Shown here one piece after another: positions 17,687 to 31,623 of a stretch of 64,000 nucleotides of DNA (the stretch's first letter is position 1; every line of letters begins with the position of its first letter). Below the pieces are notes generated by a model. The model ran no database searches, was not told the origin of the DNA, and worked only from the letters and a program-made list of their open reading frames with translations. The position numbers and the translations under genes are program-made. This DNA comes from Amoebidium appalachense (taxonomy: Eukaryota > Protista > Ichthyosporea): contig CAVNZM010000008.1 of the NCBI GenBank assembly GCA_963693365.1, positions 3,687,572-3,751,571 of the forward strand, given 5' to 3'.

Positions 17687-18878
17687 TCACGTGCACTTGC
17701 ACTGACCATTCAGTACCAACGGACAGTTTGCACCCCCAGTATTTGGGTAGTTCGTCATGTCCGTGCACGTGCTTGCACACGTGCTGTCACTCACATCCAC
17801 GCTCAAAGCCACCCACACGCACGGGCCGAGCGTCAATTTCTGAGTGACGGCCGCCCACGTCACACCGGAAGTTGTCGTCATTGCATTATAACCGTCTTCG
17901 TAGTTTGAGTCCCAAAGCGAGCTGGATCCGGCATACTTGTTGAACCACATAGAGATTTGATTGCGTTCAGTCTGCGTGCACTGGGTGTCCTTAAGCACGT
18001 TTTGGGGCGCGATGAGTGCGTCGTTTAAAGTGTAGCGCCACTTTTGCTGCACGCCGTTGACGATCCATGTGACGGTGGGGTCGCTGCCGTCGGTGGGGAA
18101 GGTGACGGTGATGGTGCCTGTGGTGAGGTCTTGGAAGTACCTGTGTGTGTTTGTACGTGTGTGTGTGTATGTGTGTGTGTGTTGGGGGGGGGGGGGGAGG
18201 GGGGGGGGAGGGGGGGATGGGGAGGGGGGAAGGGCGTGAGGGGGGGGGGGGGGAGGGGGGGGGCGGGGGGCGTGTGTGTGTGCATGTGTGTGTGTGTGTG
18301 TGTCTGTGTGTGTCTGTGTGCGTGCGCGTGCGCGCGTGCGTGTGAGTACGCGTGTTGGGGGGAGAGCACCTTTCTTTTCAAAAATGATTTTTTGGGGGTA
18401 GTGGTGGTGGTGGTGGTGGTGGTGGTGGTGGGGGGGGGGGGGGGGGGGGGGGGGGGCGCGGATTAGGTATCAAAGCCTAGAAACTCTTTATCCTTGTGAG
18501 AGAGTGCAGGGTGTGTATGTGTGAAGGGGGATGCCTAAGGTCCGGGGAAAGGAGAGGAGGGGAGGGCGGAAGCGGGGAGGAGGGGAGGGGGGGGGGGGGG
18601 GAGGTAGGCGACAAGGCGTGCCAGGGTGTAAATTTTCAGGTGGTACTACCATGCCCGTGGTAATGGTGGGGGTAACGTATGTAAACCGTTGTGGTAGTGG
18701 TTTTTGTGGGCACAGGGACGAAAGCGAAAGGGCGGGGGGTAAATAGACTCAGCATACTGGCAAATATATTTATGTTACATTCCAGGAGATGAGAGCATCC
18801 TGAGAAAAACAGACAAAAAAAGAGGGTACGGACCTGCAGGGTTGGAATCATGCATGAATGATTGGCTGGTTTGCCTGA

Positions 18879-18909
<31 letters not shown>

Positions 18910-19223
18910 AGAGAGAGAGGGGGGGGGGGGGGGGGAGGGGGTTGGGGGGGGGGGGGGGGGGAGCGGGTGGAGGGAAAGGTTGTGATGGTTGTATGGCCGG
19001 AAGGAGGCACGAGGGGAGGTGGGCATGCCGGTGGGGGGTCGGGAAGAACATGTAAGGAGGAAGGAGCAGAGCCCCTCCCGGTGGGGAGGGAAGTCTGTGT
19101 TTGTGTGTGCGTGTGTTGGGGAGGGAGGGAGGGGGGGAAGGTTGCTGGGGTGTTTGTGTGTGTGTGTTGGGGAGGGGGGAAAGGGGGGAGGGCGAGGTTG
19201 CTGGGGTGTTTGTGTGTGTGTGT

Positions 19224-19255
<32 letters not shown>

Positions 19256-19746
19256 AAAGAGAACACAAACACACTCACTTGTTGCTCCACGTGTACTGCA
19301 GCACGCCGTCCGAGGCCCCAGCCCCATCCCTAATCATCACATGTGACCCCATCAGTGCCACGGCACGACGAATGTTCACACCCTGGCCGGCCCAATAGTC
19401 TACAAACTCACGACAGTTAATGCCGGGCCCAGGGAGAACCTCGGGGTTCGTAACATTATCGTCACAACGTCCCACCTTCACTGTGAACTGCGGCTGGCGG
19501 CCGGCAAATTCGGAAGAGACAGCGCCTGCAACAACCAAAGTGTCTGCCCATGAGGCCTGATATTTGGTTACTAATGGGGTGAGGGATTGGCGCACGTAGG
19601 GGATGAATGGGAAGGGGAACTGGTTGGCTGCCCAGTTGTCCTCAGTGATGGTGTTGGCTGGGTTGAGGGCAGAGAGAATGATGGAGCCGTCGGATCCGCC
19701 CGTGCTGCCCTGCCGTATTGAATGCGGTGTGTGAGGTGTAACGGTT

Positions 19747-19779
<33 letters not shown>

Positions 19780-20977
19780 GGCGGGGGGAGGGGGGAGGGG
19801 GGAGGGGGGAGGGGGGGGGGGGTGGCTTTGAATTTGGAGCGACTGTACCAAAAAATCAAAAAGAACAGCAAAGCGGGGATGATAGGGGTTGAGAGAAAGA
19901 GAGAGAGGGGGGAAGGGGGGGAGAGGGGGGGAGGAGGCGGAGGTCATTTTTTTTTTTGAGGGGGGGGGGGGGGGGGGGGGGGGAATTCTGCACATAGTTA
20001 ATTTGGCACCACTTGAACATTGATTATTGAAAGGTATTGAGAGTTGTTGGAATGCTGGTACTGGATTATAGGAAAAGGCACTCATTGACAATGTGAACTT
20101 CCTGGGTTTTTGCCAGAGCTCATGTATACTCCAACTGCAATAAAATTTTGACTGGGCCTCTGAATGCAAGGGGTGCACCGGAAAGGTGGACGGTGTGGTG
20201 TTGGTTGGCTCGTTAGGAGGGCCGGGGGAGTTGTATTGGGCGGGGGGGGGGGGGGGGGGGGGGAGGGGGAGGGGGGGGGGCCCTGGGGTGGGCCGGGGGG
20301 AGGAGTCTGGGGTTGTGGTCCTTAGGGAAGTCCGACGGGCGAGGGTGGAGAATACGGCTTATAAAACTAGTAACTTATCGTGATGCGCGTGCTGGTGGTG
20401 TTTGACGGATGGCCATATGCATGGTGCGTGTTTTCTATCTGTCACGTTCAAAGTGATGGCTTTCCTTTCTTTTTTTCCTTTTCTTTTCCGTTCAGAGCCT
20501 AGCGTTTGTTTTCCTTTTATTTTCTTTTTTTCTTTCATTCTTTCATTCTTTTTTTTTGATTTTGTTGTTGGGGGGGGGGGGGGGGGGGGGGGGAGGGGGG
20601 AGGGCAGGGGAGGGGAGGGGGGGAAGGAAGGGAAGGGAGGAGAGGGAGGAGGAGGGAGGTGAAGGGGGATGGAAGGGGGGAAGGGGTAGGGAAGGGGGGA
20701 GGGTAGGCAGGGGGATTGACGAACATACCACTGTGGTGCCGGCGTCGTGGAACGCAGAACGCACATAAAGGATAGGCAGACGCTTGCAGGGTTGCGGGGA
20801 CACCGGGTTTCTATCGACGAAAATTTCACATGCAGGGTCATTGATGAGGGACATGATGTCGTTGCCCAAACCCTGCCAGTTGATGGTCTGGGGGTTGTAG
20901 TTGGCGCACTGCCCGTTGGTGGTGGGGGCAGAGAGGAGCGTTGGAAGCATGGAGAGCAGCAACGAAAAGCGTTGCAT
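17687..20977 (-). CDS. Secreted heme peroxidase (peroxidase-catalase superfamily, class II/III or hybrid-like; ~377 aa) with C-terminal 6-Cys module; 3 exons
   Basis: Exons 20977..20729, 19709..19279 and 18140..17687 have GT-AG boundaries and compatible phases (1134 nt). Signal peptide MQRFSLLLSMLPTLLSA, distal RSAFHDAG, GGSDGSI, SWAD, GRCD, proximal ALMGSH and WSNKYFQDL motifs. An alternative ATG lies at 20995. Confidence 0.9.
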
Positions 20978-21953
20978 CGATGATGGTGATGTCATGATGG
21001 CTGGACGTCGACGTTGATGTTGGGGTGGTGTTTAATAGTTGATGGCGATTGGAGCTATGACTGAGTACACTAAGGTAGAGAGAATGGGATGGACCACACG
21101 TATACGTACGGTACGTGTACACTGTGATGTGACTAGGTGACAGGAAAGACGCCGACAACGATGGATGCCGAACCTGCAGCAGTAACTGACGATGGGCATT
21201 AAGGTTGGTTTTATACCAGCAACGGGTGATAGGTGCGTAAGTCCGGTATCACTCAGTCTGTGCATGTGAATGTGAACTGAAAAAGGTGAAGGGCCTGGAA
21301 GCTTAAGCTGACGAGCTCATGAGCCTGATGATAGGCCCCTGAATCCAGAGTGGACGTTTAGGAGTTGGTTTGGGATAATTTCCAGCCATGGGATACTCTC
21401 CAAAAGGAACGGAATCTTGTGTTCAGTGTGAATAAAGGCGATAATAAGTGCTTGCAGCACGAGCTCGAAGTACTCAATATGAACCCCGAGACGGTTGTAG
21501 TATTCTACTAGAATCGAACTGAAAGACATGCAAGCAATTAGAGTAGACACGTTTTTTCTCTTTTTTTTTCTTTTTTTTTTTTTTTTTTTTTTCGTTGAGG
21601 GAAGGGAGGGAGGAAAGGGATGGCCGGGGGGGGGGGGGGGGGGGGAGGGAGGGAGGGGGGGGGGGGAGGGGAGGGGGGGGGGAGGGAGGGGGGAGGGGGG
21701 AGGGGGGGCTGCGCATTTGTCTGTATCATTGTTAAAACTCCTGGAGACTCATGAGTTTATATTGATTGATCGGTCTATGCCATCATAATATGAAGGGTTC
21801 CAGAGAAGAACTGTAGGGGGATGCATGGGGAAACTTTCGGATTTAGAATCATGAGATATGGTTGGGAAGGGGTCCAAAGGGGGGGGGGGGGGGGGGGGGG
21901 AGGGATAGTCCGCCTGCCCGAGCCCGAGAGGCCCTGAAATCGTGGCGTTAGTG

Positions 21954-22068
<115 letters not shown>

Positions 22069-22247
22069 GGTGAGAGGAGGGGGAGGCGGGGGGGGGGGGG
22101 GGGGGGGGGGACGGGAGGAGGCTGGGGAGGGGGGAGGGGGGGTCCAGACGCCGGGAGGATGCTCATGATCATGCTCATGCGCAAGCTCGGGATTCGCACG
22201 TACAGTCTGCGAGGAGTTAACCGTGATCAGTGTCTCAGAGAGGACGG

Positions 22248-22412
<165 letters not shown>

Positions 22413-24333
22413 GGAGAGGGTGTGTGTGTGTGTACATATGTACACGTGTGTGTGTGTGTGTGGGTGTGTATGCGTGTGCGCGTGTGTGTGTGTTTGGCGG
22501 TGGCGGTGGCAGAGATATCCCGAGGGGTCGCTATTGTCTCTCCTGCAGCTCCTACTGCATGCCTGGATCACCGAACCGTAATCAGTAATGATACATACTG
22601 GCCGAGCCTCGAAATTTACTGGTACATGCCATCATAGTGTACCAAATATTAGCACCGGGCCTTTTTCAGTAAATAAACATTGCCGCGTGTAATAGTGATA
22701 GTACTGTATATACACGTACATGATATGATAGTAAGCTTACTTACCTCTCAAAAGTGGCCAGCAAGTGCCTATATCCCGTGTATCGGTATCTCTTCTCTGC
22801 AATGAAGGCTGCCGACAGGTGTGTAAACATGTTATGTATGTGCGCGGCGGTGACATTTGGCCATTCCCATGTACATGTACAGTACTGCTATCAGTTGTCG
22901 ATTGTTTCAACTTACTATCTCTAGGCTACAATAGTATGCATGGCTATGCAGACAGAAACGTATTCATTAATAGCCGACGCTGCTGTGCATTATACGCGTG
23001 TGCAGGCGGGCACTGTTATCTCAGCACAGTCAAGGCTTGGTGCCTGTGCACGTGCATGCGCTATATCTACAGCACGGTATCCCGTTTATTCGTCCACATG
23101 TGCACGAGAGTTTGAACACTGTGTACGTACTGCCGACCGTGCCCGGGGCCAGTAATCATATATGTGCATACGTACACATAGTAGATTGAGAAGCTTATTA
23201 TACACAGGCACTAACTAATAAGGGTGGGCGAGGACCTTGGAATTATTTAATCCACGTGCGCACGTGCAAGTGCGGCTTCGAAGGCTCGCATTGCTTCCAG
23301 TGATACAAAACACACACATCATTTCGTCACACACCTGTCAACTGCGAAGTCACCGGTACCGATAACGTTAAACGTTAAACGTTCCCTGATGGATTTTGAT
23401 TCCTCCGTTCGTGGATGATGATGCCTCCCGCTACACGCCACGCTAGAGGATGAGTCGGGAGCCTTCGAAAGGGTAAGAGGAAGCAGCGTGGTACGGAACC
23501 ATCTCGTGTATGATCATCAACACATACACGGTAGGTCGTGCTGCTTACTCGTGCTTGATCAAGACTCTCAAGAGACTGAGGAGAGGCGAATTCTTTGACC
23601 AAAACATGATGCGCGCTACACCAATGAGATCTCAACGGCTCTTCACAGCCAATCTTTTATCTGTGTAACCGATCCGTCCGGATTCCGGATGACTAGTACT
23701 GCCCGTTCCGCCCACTGCGCCCAGATCCGCCCTGTGCAGACTGCCCTGCGCGCTGCGGGCCACGCACGCGTACGCGTGCACCCATCACTGCTCCCATAAT
23801 AGAGTCCCTCCCGGCATAGCCACTGGTATCATTTATCACAAGTTCTTCCTTGTAATTACCAATCATGCATGCATTACAGAGCTACGCCAATGACTCGATA
23901 GATCGATAGTACCTGGAAATAAATTAGTTATGTGACCGTGGAAACTAAGTGACTGTGAGAATATTCTAAGGGAAGGGAGGTACACACCGGCTGGCGCAAC
24001 ACACGTGCATGCAGAATCCACTGGCCAAGACAGCTGCAGACTCCGCGTTTGGCAACAGGCTTTGACATATGGTACTGACACAGATCTCTGCCACCGTGTA
24101 CAAGCTTATGCGGTCTAGATCTACCTGAGCACGTGCTAGTGCGTAGTGCGTATATTCGTCCGAGCGTGGCACACGGCTGTGTGGCTGCGAGGGCCGGGTA
24201 CGTGGGACGTCGTTGTCGTAATGTCTGTCTGTCACGTTGCCATGGCCATTAATATTTGGCACCCTGTCAAGGCTTCTCTTTTTATCTCACCATCCTACCG
24301 TTCATCTCTCTCACACTCACAAACATACATACA

Positions 24334-24554
<221 letters not shown>

Positions 24555-24642
24555 TGTCTCTGTCTCTCTCTGTCTGTCTCTCTCTCCCCCGCCCCCCCTT
24601 TCTATCTCTCCCCCCCCTCAGCCCCCCCCCCTCCCCTCCCCC

Positions 24643-24705
<63 letters not shown>

Positions 24706-25076
24706 TCCCTCTGTCTGTCTGTCTGTCTCTCTCTGTCTCTCTCTCTCCCCCGCCCCCCCTTTCTCTCTCTCTCTCTCTCTCTCTCCCCCCCCCCCCCCTC
24801 TCTCTCTCTCTGTGTCTCTCGCCCCCCCCACCCTTTTCGTTACCGTTTTTTGCTCTTGTTGTTGTTGAAGGAGGGGAGGAAGGCGGGGCAGGGGGGGGGC
24901 AATGTATACATCTTGACGACTGCATGCATTTCTCTTACCAGAGCTGCAACCACACAAATAAAGAGAGAGTGAGAGTTTCATCCCTCCCTCCCTCCCCCCC
25001 CCCCCCCCCCCTCCCCTCCCCCCCCCCCCCCCCCCCCCCCCCACCACCACCACTACCACCACGACCACCACCACCA

Positions 25077-25146
<70 letters not shown>

Positions 25147-26606
25147 CTCACAGGAAAATTGTGTAACTACAAAAAAAAAAATCCAAAGTGAGTTCCATTT
25201 GGTTGTAAACGGTGTTACTGATAGTCTAAGATGTGGATGTTGGTGACATGTACACTGGGTGGACTAGGGAATAATCTAACTAATTGCCTTTCCGTCGTTT
25301 CTTCGTTTTTGGCATATTTTCAACAGCCAACAAAAGACGACTGGCAGCCTTCCCCCCCACCCCCCACCCCCACCCCCCCCCCCCCCCCCCCCCCTTTCTG
25401 GTGGACCCCCCCTCCCTCCCTTCCCCTCCCCCCTCCCTTCCCCCCCCCCCCCCCCCCCCCCCCCCCCATGCCCCTCCATCCCGCCTCCCGCTATTTTGCA
25501 TAGGTGCGGGTCCCAGATTACCGTCTTCCACCCATCACCGACAGTACTCTAGCTAGGGTGTTACGTATTATGAGCTAGGCTAACACACCCTTAACAATCC
25601 TAACTATTTGCACATCTTAAGCCAGGGTATTCACCCCAGCCACGCCGCGTGTGCATGTGTGTGCATGTATGTGCTCGTGTGTACGTGCACACGCGCACAT
25701 GTGGGTGTATGCTTGCAAGTGTGTGTGTCTGTGCTTGAGTGAACACGCACATGTACACATGTGCTACGGTGCCTGTGTGTGTGCAAATGTATGTGTGTAT
25801 GTTTCAATCAGTTATGTTAGCTGACGGTGAGTGCTCAATACGATCGTAGGCCTGGCCAGATGACTTAGAGGGTTCGATGCACTTAGTAGTTCTAAAGTGT
25901 TGAGTTCGTAACCCTACTAAGGTTGATCTGCTTATGGGTGGATTTATGTATGTGCCATAGCACTTATAAACGCAGAGCTATGCACACAGTCGCTAAGCGC
26001 GACACCACCGATGTTTAGTAACCTTGGCCCGCCAAGTTGTGCTCTGTTTGGCGTTGGTTTATCTGTGTGGCTTTTAGGTTAAGATGGTAGTAGGGCATGT
26101 GGTGGTTTTCCGGTCGATGTGTTTGGATGAAAAAGACTGGTGGGGAGTGCAAAACTTCTATCGGAGGGCCAAAAATACCCTCCCTCCCCCCCCCCCTCCC
26201 CCCCTCCACCCCCCCCAACACACACACACACCACCACCACAACCAGCACCCCCAACCCCTTTCCCGCACCCCCTCCCTCTGGGTTGGCTCCCTCCCCAGG
26301 CTCCCTCTCCACCCCTTGGCCCATTGGCTACAAACTTCGGAATTTGAAAGTATTTGTTCGATCTGATTTAGCGCATAAGTATTTAATTTGATTGGGGCAA
26401 CACCATTGTGATTGCCGTGTTCATGTGTGACACTTGTGTGTGGTTGGTGAAAACGTGTTTGCGTATGTTTGTATTCACGGTGTCGGTGTGCCATGTTTGT
26501 GTGTTTGTCAGTGTGACACTACGGCGTATGGTGTCTCCGCCAGTCTATGGCGTTTGTGTGTGAGTGAACACGGTGTTGCCATGTTTTCGAGAATATGACG
26601 ATCATG

Positions 26607-26651
<45 letters not shown>

Positions 26652-26652
26652 A

Positions 26653-26731
<79 letters not shown>

Positions 26732-26751
26732 TGTGTGTGTGTGTGTCTGAC

Positions 26752-26880
26752 TCAAGCAGAGTAATTCTCGAAAAGCAGAGTTATATTGAAAAAGCAGATT
26801 TATTCTGGGAAACCATAACTTGAATAGTATTATGGCCAGCAAACGCAAAATCTTCTGCTTGAAACAGACTCATTCTACAA
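26752..26880. repeat. Degenerate fragment of the GCAGA..TTCTG foldback satellite
   Basis: agcagagtaattctc, agcagagttatattg, agcagatttattctg. Confidence 0.55.
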
Positions 26881-26979
26881 CAAAACGTTTTTGACAATTA
26901 TGTTGCTGTTACCGGAATCCTCTTCTCTTAGCATTAGGCGCTTTTGATTTTGAAACGGGGAGGGGTGTAGTAGTAGTAT

Positions 26980-27015
<36 letters not shown>

Positions 27016-27521
27016 CCACCGGGGGGGGGGACCACCACCACCCGGGGGGAGGGAGGGGGGGAGCTACCCAAAAATGGCTAATATATATTAGTATGTATAT
27101 TGGAATACCAACTTCAAAACATGATGGTATCGGCACCTTCTCTACATCCACTATTGATATATATATCCATTATCAGGCCCTGGGTCAATGGTCTGTTTAC
27201 TAGCTAGGCATTCCCCCCCCCCCCCCCCCCTCCCCCGGGAGCGACCACGGGCCCGTGGGGACCTCCCCAAGCCCCTTAAGATCTCAAGCTTATACCAAGA
27301 CCGCAATGCCTTGTTGAGCTCATGACCGCTTATTTTTTCGACGATGTACAGTAAAGCACCCTTGCGCACACAAACACACACGCGCACACGCTCTCCGCTC
27401 ACAGACTGCCGCAGTAGGGTAATAGGCTAATCTCTGTGGTGGCACATAATGTTGCGCGGGCACACACGTGGCACATATTCTGAATCCCTTTTTTCCTCTC
27501 TAACTGCTTCCCCTTATTCCC

Positions 27522-27557
<36 letters not shown>

Positions 27558-27674
27558 ACCACCACCACCACCACCACCACCACCATCACACGACCACCAC
27601 ACGTGACAGCGCCCTCTTTTTCACTCGCTATCTATCTTCACCCCCGCTTTCCCCCCCTCCCCCCCCCCCCCCTT

Positions 27675-27705
<31 letters not shown>

Positions 27706-28632
27706 TTTTTGTCTCGCGCAACTTCATCCATGCATCATGCGCCATCATGCATCCTCAACATCAACAACAGAAACACACACACACGTACTATGGCAATTCA
27801 AACACACATGCCACGGAAGGCACATGCGTGCGCGCAAATTTGTGCCAGAGAATTTGAGAAGACTCTCAATCACTGACACCGTGGACACACACCACACACA
27901 CACACATATGCACACAAACACACACACATACAAACACGCACTGAGACACATGCACAATGACACCCGCACGTGTGCACACACCCTCTTCGCTAGCACACAC
28001 GTGAAATGCCATGCAATTTCGCACATGCTAAGAGCATTGCGTCCACACCGTGAGCTTGCACATGTGGCACGATATTTACTGAACAACAGTCAGGCCACCA
28101 CAGTGATTAGCGGTGCCGAATGCCCACCCACCCTACGGACACATACACACACGGTCCCACGTCTACCCGGGAAGAAAATCGCAGACGCACACTCCCAGTT
28201 ACATGTTGTGCATGATAGATTTGCCCTAACCAAATTCGAAGCGCTGTTAAAAATGAAGGGAAAAAGAATAAGGACAAACTTAATATTGGTGATGGTGGAG
28301 GATCAGGGGGGGGGGGGGGGGGAGGATCGGGGAAGGGGGGGGGGGGGGAAGGGGGGGGGGGGGGGGAAGGGGAAGGGGGGGGGGGGGGGGGAGCCTCCCA
28401 GAACCTAGAGAGGGTGCGCAGCCGCGGCCGGTGCGGAGGGTCCCGTCGGACTCCCCGCGCACGGGGGAAAGAGGGGGGGGGGGGGGGGCCACCTGGTCCA
28501 CCCCACCAAAGAAGTGGGTCCCCCCTCCCCCCAGAGGGGGGGGGAGGAGGGGGGGACCCACCACCAAGGGGGACCGCAATACTTAACTACTGCCCACCCC
28601 CCCATTTCAAAATCAAAAATGCCTTATTATCA

Positions 28633-28766
28633 TCCAGAATTATTCTCCTTTGAGCAGAGTTATTCTGCTTTTAGCACAATAATGCTGCAAAAAGCAGAAT
28701 CGTTGTGCAAAGAGCAGAATTGTTCTGTGCCGAGCGCAATAATTTGCTGATGTGGTTGGGGCCTCC
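28633..28766. mobile_element. Truncated second copy of the foldback element (right end)
   Basis: cagaattattct units followed by gctgatgtggttggggcctcc, matching the TIR at 16284-16304. Confidence 0.7.
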
Positions 28767-28798
28767 AGTGTGTGTGTGTGTGTTGGGGGGGGGGGGGG

Positions 28799-28843
<45 letters not shown>

Positions 28844-29401
28844 ATCGCCTAACTAGCATATTCAGCTACTGCTTGAATAAGGCCGTTTGAAGTTTTCTAA
28901 CGAACACAGGATAAGCTTCAGTGTTCTTGATGTCTTATGATAGGCCCTATCCGTATTGAGGACCCCAGACTAGTACTAGTGGACAACGTAATTAACGGTT
29001 GCCATATACACCACTGTGACATGCATAATATATCAGATATTCGTTGCAGCAGGAGGAGGCCCTAGGGATTGGTGTAACTACTAGGGTGGGAGTGGTGGTG
29101 GTGGGGGGGGGGGGGGGGAGACTCACTGGAGGGGGAGGGAGGGGCCCCCGGGGGGGGGGGGGGGGGGGGGGGAGGGGGGGTGTAGTACAGTAATAGTGAG
29201 TCCTCCCCCGAGTCCTTCCCATCCCCCTCCCTCCCCCCCCCCCCCCCCCCATCTCCCTCGCCCGCCCCTTCCCCTTCCCCCTCCCCCCCCCCCCCTCCGG
29301 GCCCCTCCCCCTCTCTCCCCGCCAGCAATTCAGGCATTCGTCATCAATATCACTGACTGATCACTGTATAACTGCCTAATAAATACAAAGGCAGGACTAG
29401 T

Positions 29402-29433
<32 letters not shown>

Positions 29434-29830
29434 GGTGGCTACGCGCCGCGTAGATCAGTCCTTCTCAACGCCAATACGTCTTGAGCTCACAACAAGTTGA
29501 AGTCAGATGTACAGTGGTCGTTAAGGATTAAGATAATTCACCTAGTACTAGATTTTTAGAAAAAATTAACATTCTAGGGGCTACCGAGGCTGGGGAAAAA
29601 ATAAGATAACGGGGAAGGGGGAGAAGAGAGGGGGGGGGGGGGGGGGGGGGAGGGGGGGGGGGGATTTGGAGGGGGGACTGTGACTTCCTTACCTGTAATA
29701 AGTCTAGTCTAGTTTTATTTTTATTAGGATGTGCACAAGAAAAGCCCTTCGGTGCAGCAGATCATATTTCTTTTTTATTTAGCCTGAATTAGTCCAGAAG
29801 CTTTTGCTTCGTTACCATTCGGATCGAAAA

Positions 29831-29973
<143 letters not shown>

Positions 29974-30068
29974 AACCGGCTAAGAAAGAGTGTAACGGTT
30001 TACATTAATGGCCCACAGTGCCCGGACAGCGGACCGGGACTCCTCGGCTCTACTATTATGCACCTTTC

Positions 30069-30383
30069 TGTGCGAAAATGTGTGCAAATATCTGTGTGTA
30101 CATTTGGTTTTTGTGTTCATTTGTCACCGTGTGTTTGTGTGTGTGTGTGTGTGTGTGCATGTATGTGTATCACAACGTATGTGTGTGTCTGCGTCCGGGT
30201 CACGGTGCACGGTGTGTGCGTGGCCCCCTCCCCCCTTCCCCCCTGGCCTGTGGGTCCTTTCTTTGGGCTGCAGGGGTGATTTTTTTTTCCGGGGGGGGGG
30301 GGGGGGGGGGGAGGGGGGCTATGCGAAAATGTGTGCAGATGTCTGTGTGTACATTTCGATCTTGTGTTGGTTTGTCACTCAGT

Positions 30384-30431
<48 letters not shown>

Positions 30432-30692
30432 ACGTGTGTGTATCATAACGTGTGTGTGTGTGTTTGTGTGTGTGTGTCCGTGTGACGGTGCACGGTGTTT
30501 GTGTGTGTATCCCTTCAACCCCCCGTTCCCCTCTCCCCCCCACTCCACCTCCCCCCCCTTTCATGTCCCCCCCCCCCCCCCCCCCCTTCATGTCCCCCCC
30601 CCCCCTTCCCCCTCCCCCCCCCCTCCCCCCCCCCCCCCCCCCCCCCTCCCCCCTGTCCTGTCGGTCCTCTTTATGGGCATGGAAGCTTTTTT

Positions 30693-30748
<56 letters not shown>

Positions 30749-31086
30749 GGGGGAGGGGGGGGGGGGCTGTGCGAAAACGTGTGCATATGTCTGTGTGTAT
30801 ATTGGGATTTTGTGCTCGTTTGTCACTTCACTTTATGTGTTTGTGTGTATGTGGTGTGTGTGTGTGTGCACGTGTGTGTGTCACAAATACGGTGTGTGTG
30901 TGTGTTTGACGTGTGTGTCCGTGTGACGGTGCACGGTGTCTGTGTGCATCTGCCCCCAACCTCCCCCCCCCCCCCCCCCCCTGTCCTGTGGGTCCTTTTT
31001 ATGGGCCGGGAGTTTTTCTTTTCTTCTCTCTTTTTTTTTATTTCTTTTTTTTATTTTTTATTAAGTGTGTGTATGTGTGTGTTTGT

Positions 31087-31120
<34 letters not shown>

Positions 31121-31330
31121 GGGGGGGAGGCCGGGGGGGGGAGGGGGGGGGGGGAGGGGGGGTGCTGTCCGAAAATGTGTGCATGTCTGTGTGTTCATTT
31201 GGATTTTGTGCTCGTTTGTCACTGGGTGTGTTTGTGTGTGTGAGGTGTGTGTGTGTGTGTGCACATGCGTATCACAATCATTATGGGTGTGTGGGTGTCT
31301 CCGTGTATCCGTGTCGCGGTGCACGGTGTG
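30069..31330 (+). repeat. Complex tandem array: 4 units of ~250-450 bp with conserved anchors and variable (GT)n, C-run, T-run and G-run fillers
   Basis: The anchor gaaaa(t/c)gtgtgca...ttgtcac starts near 30071, 30322, 30770 and 31168. Each unit has gtatca(c/t)aa-like and cggtgcacggtgt anchors, and the first three have ggtcct. Confidence 0.85.
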
Positions 31331-31368
31331 TGTGTGTGTGTGTGTGTGTGTCCCCCCCGGGCCCTCCC

Positions 31369-31393
31369 CCTACCACCTACTGAGGCGGTGTCT

Positions 31394-31428
<35 letters not shown>

Positions 31429-31494
31429 TTAAAAGGACCGCCTAAGTAGATGTAAAAAACGTCGCACGTGCGGCAACACGTCAGTACGTGTTAG
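31369..31494 (-). repeat. Dispersed repeat family B, copy 2
   Basis: Reverse complement of 12175-12297, with the A-rich centre as a pure T run on the + strand. Confidence 0.8.
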
Positions 31495-31592
31495 GCCCTC
31501 CCCCCTCCTTCCCCCCCCCCCCCCCCAAGAAAAAAAAAAAAAAAACCCGCAGCCAAGACTGGACCCACAGGACCGGGAAGGGCAGGCGGGCC

Positions 31593-31623
<31 letters not shown>

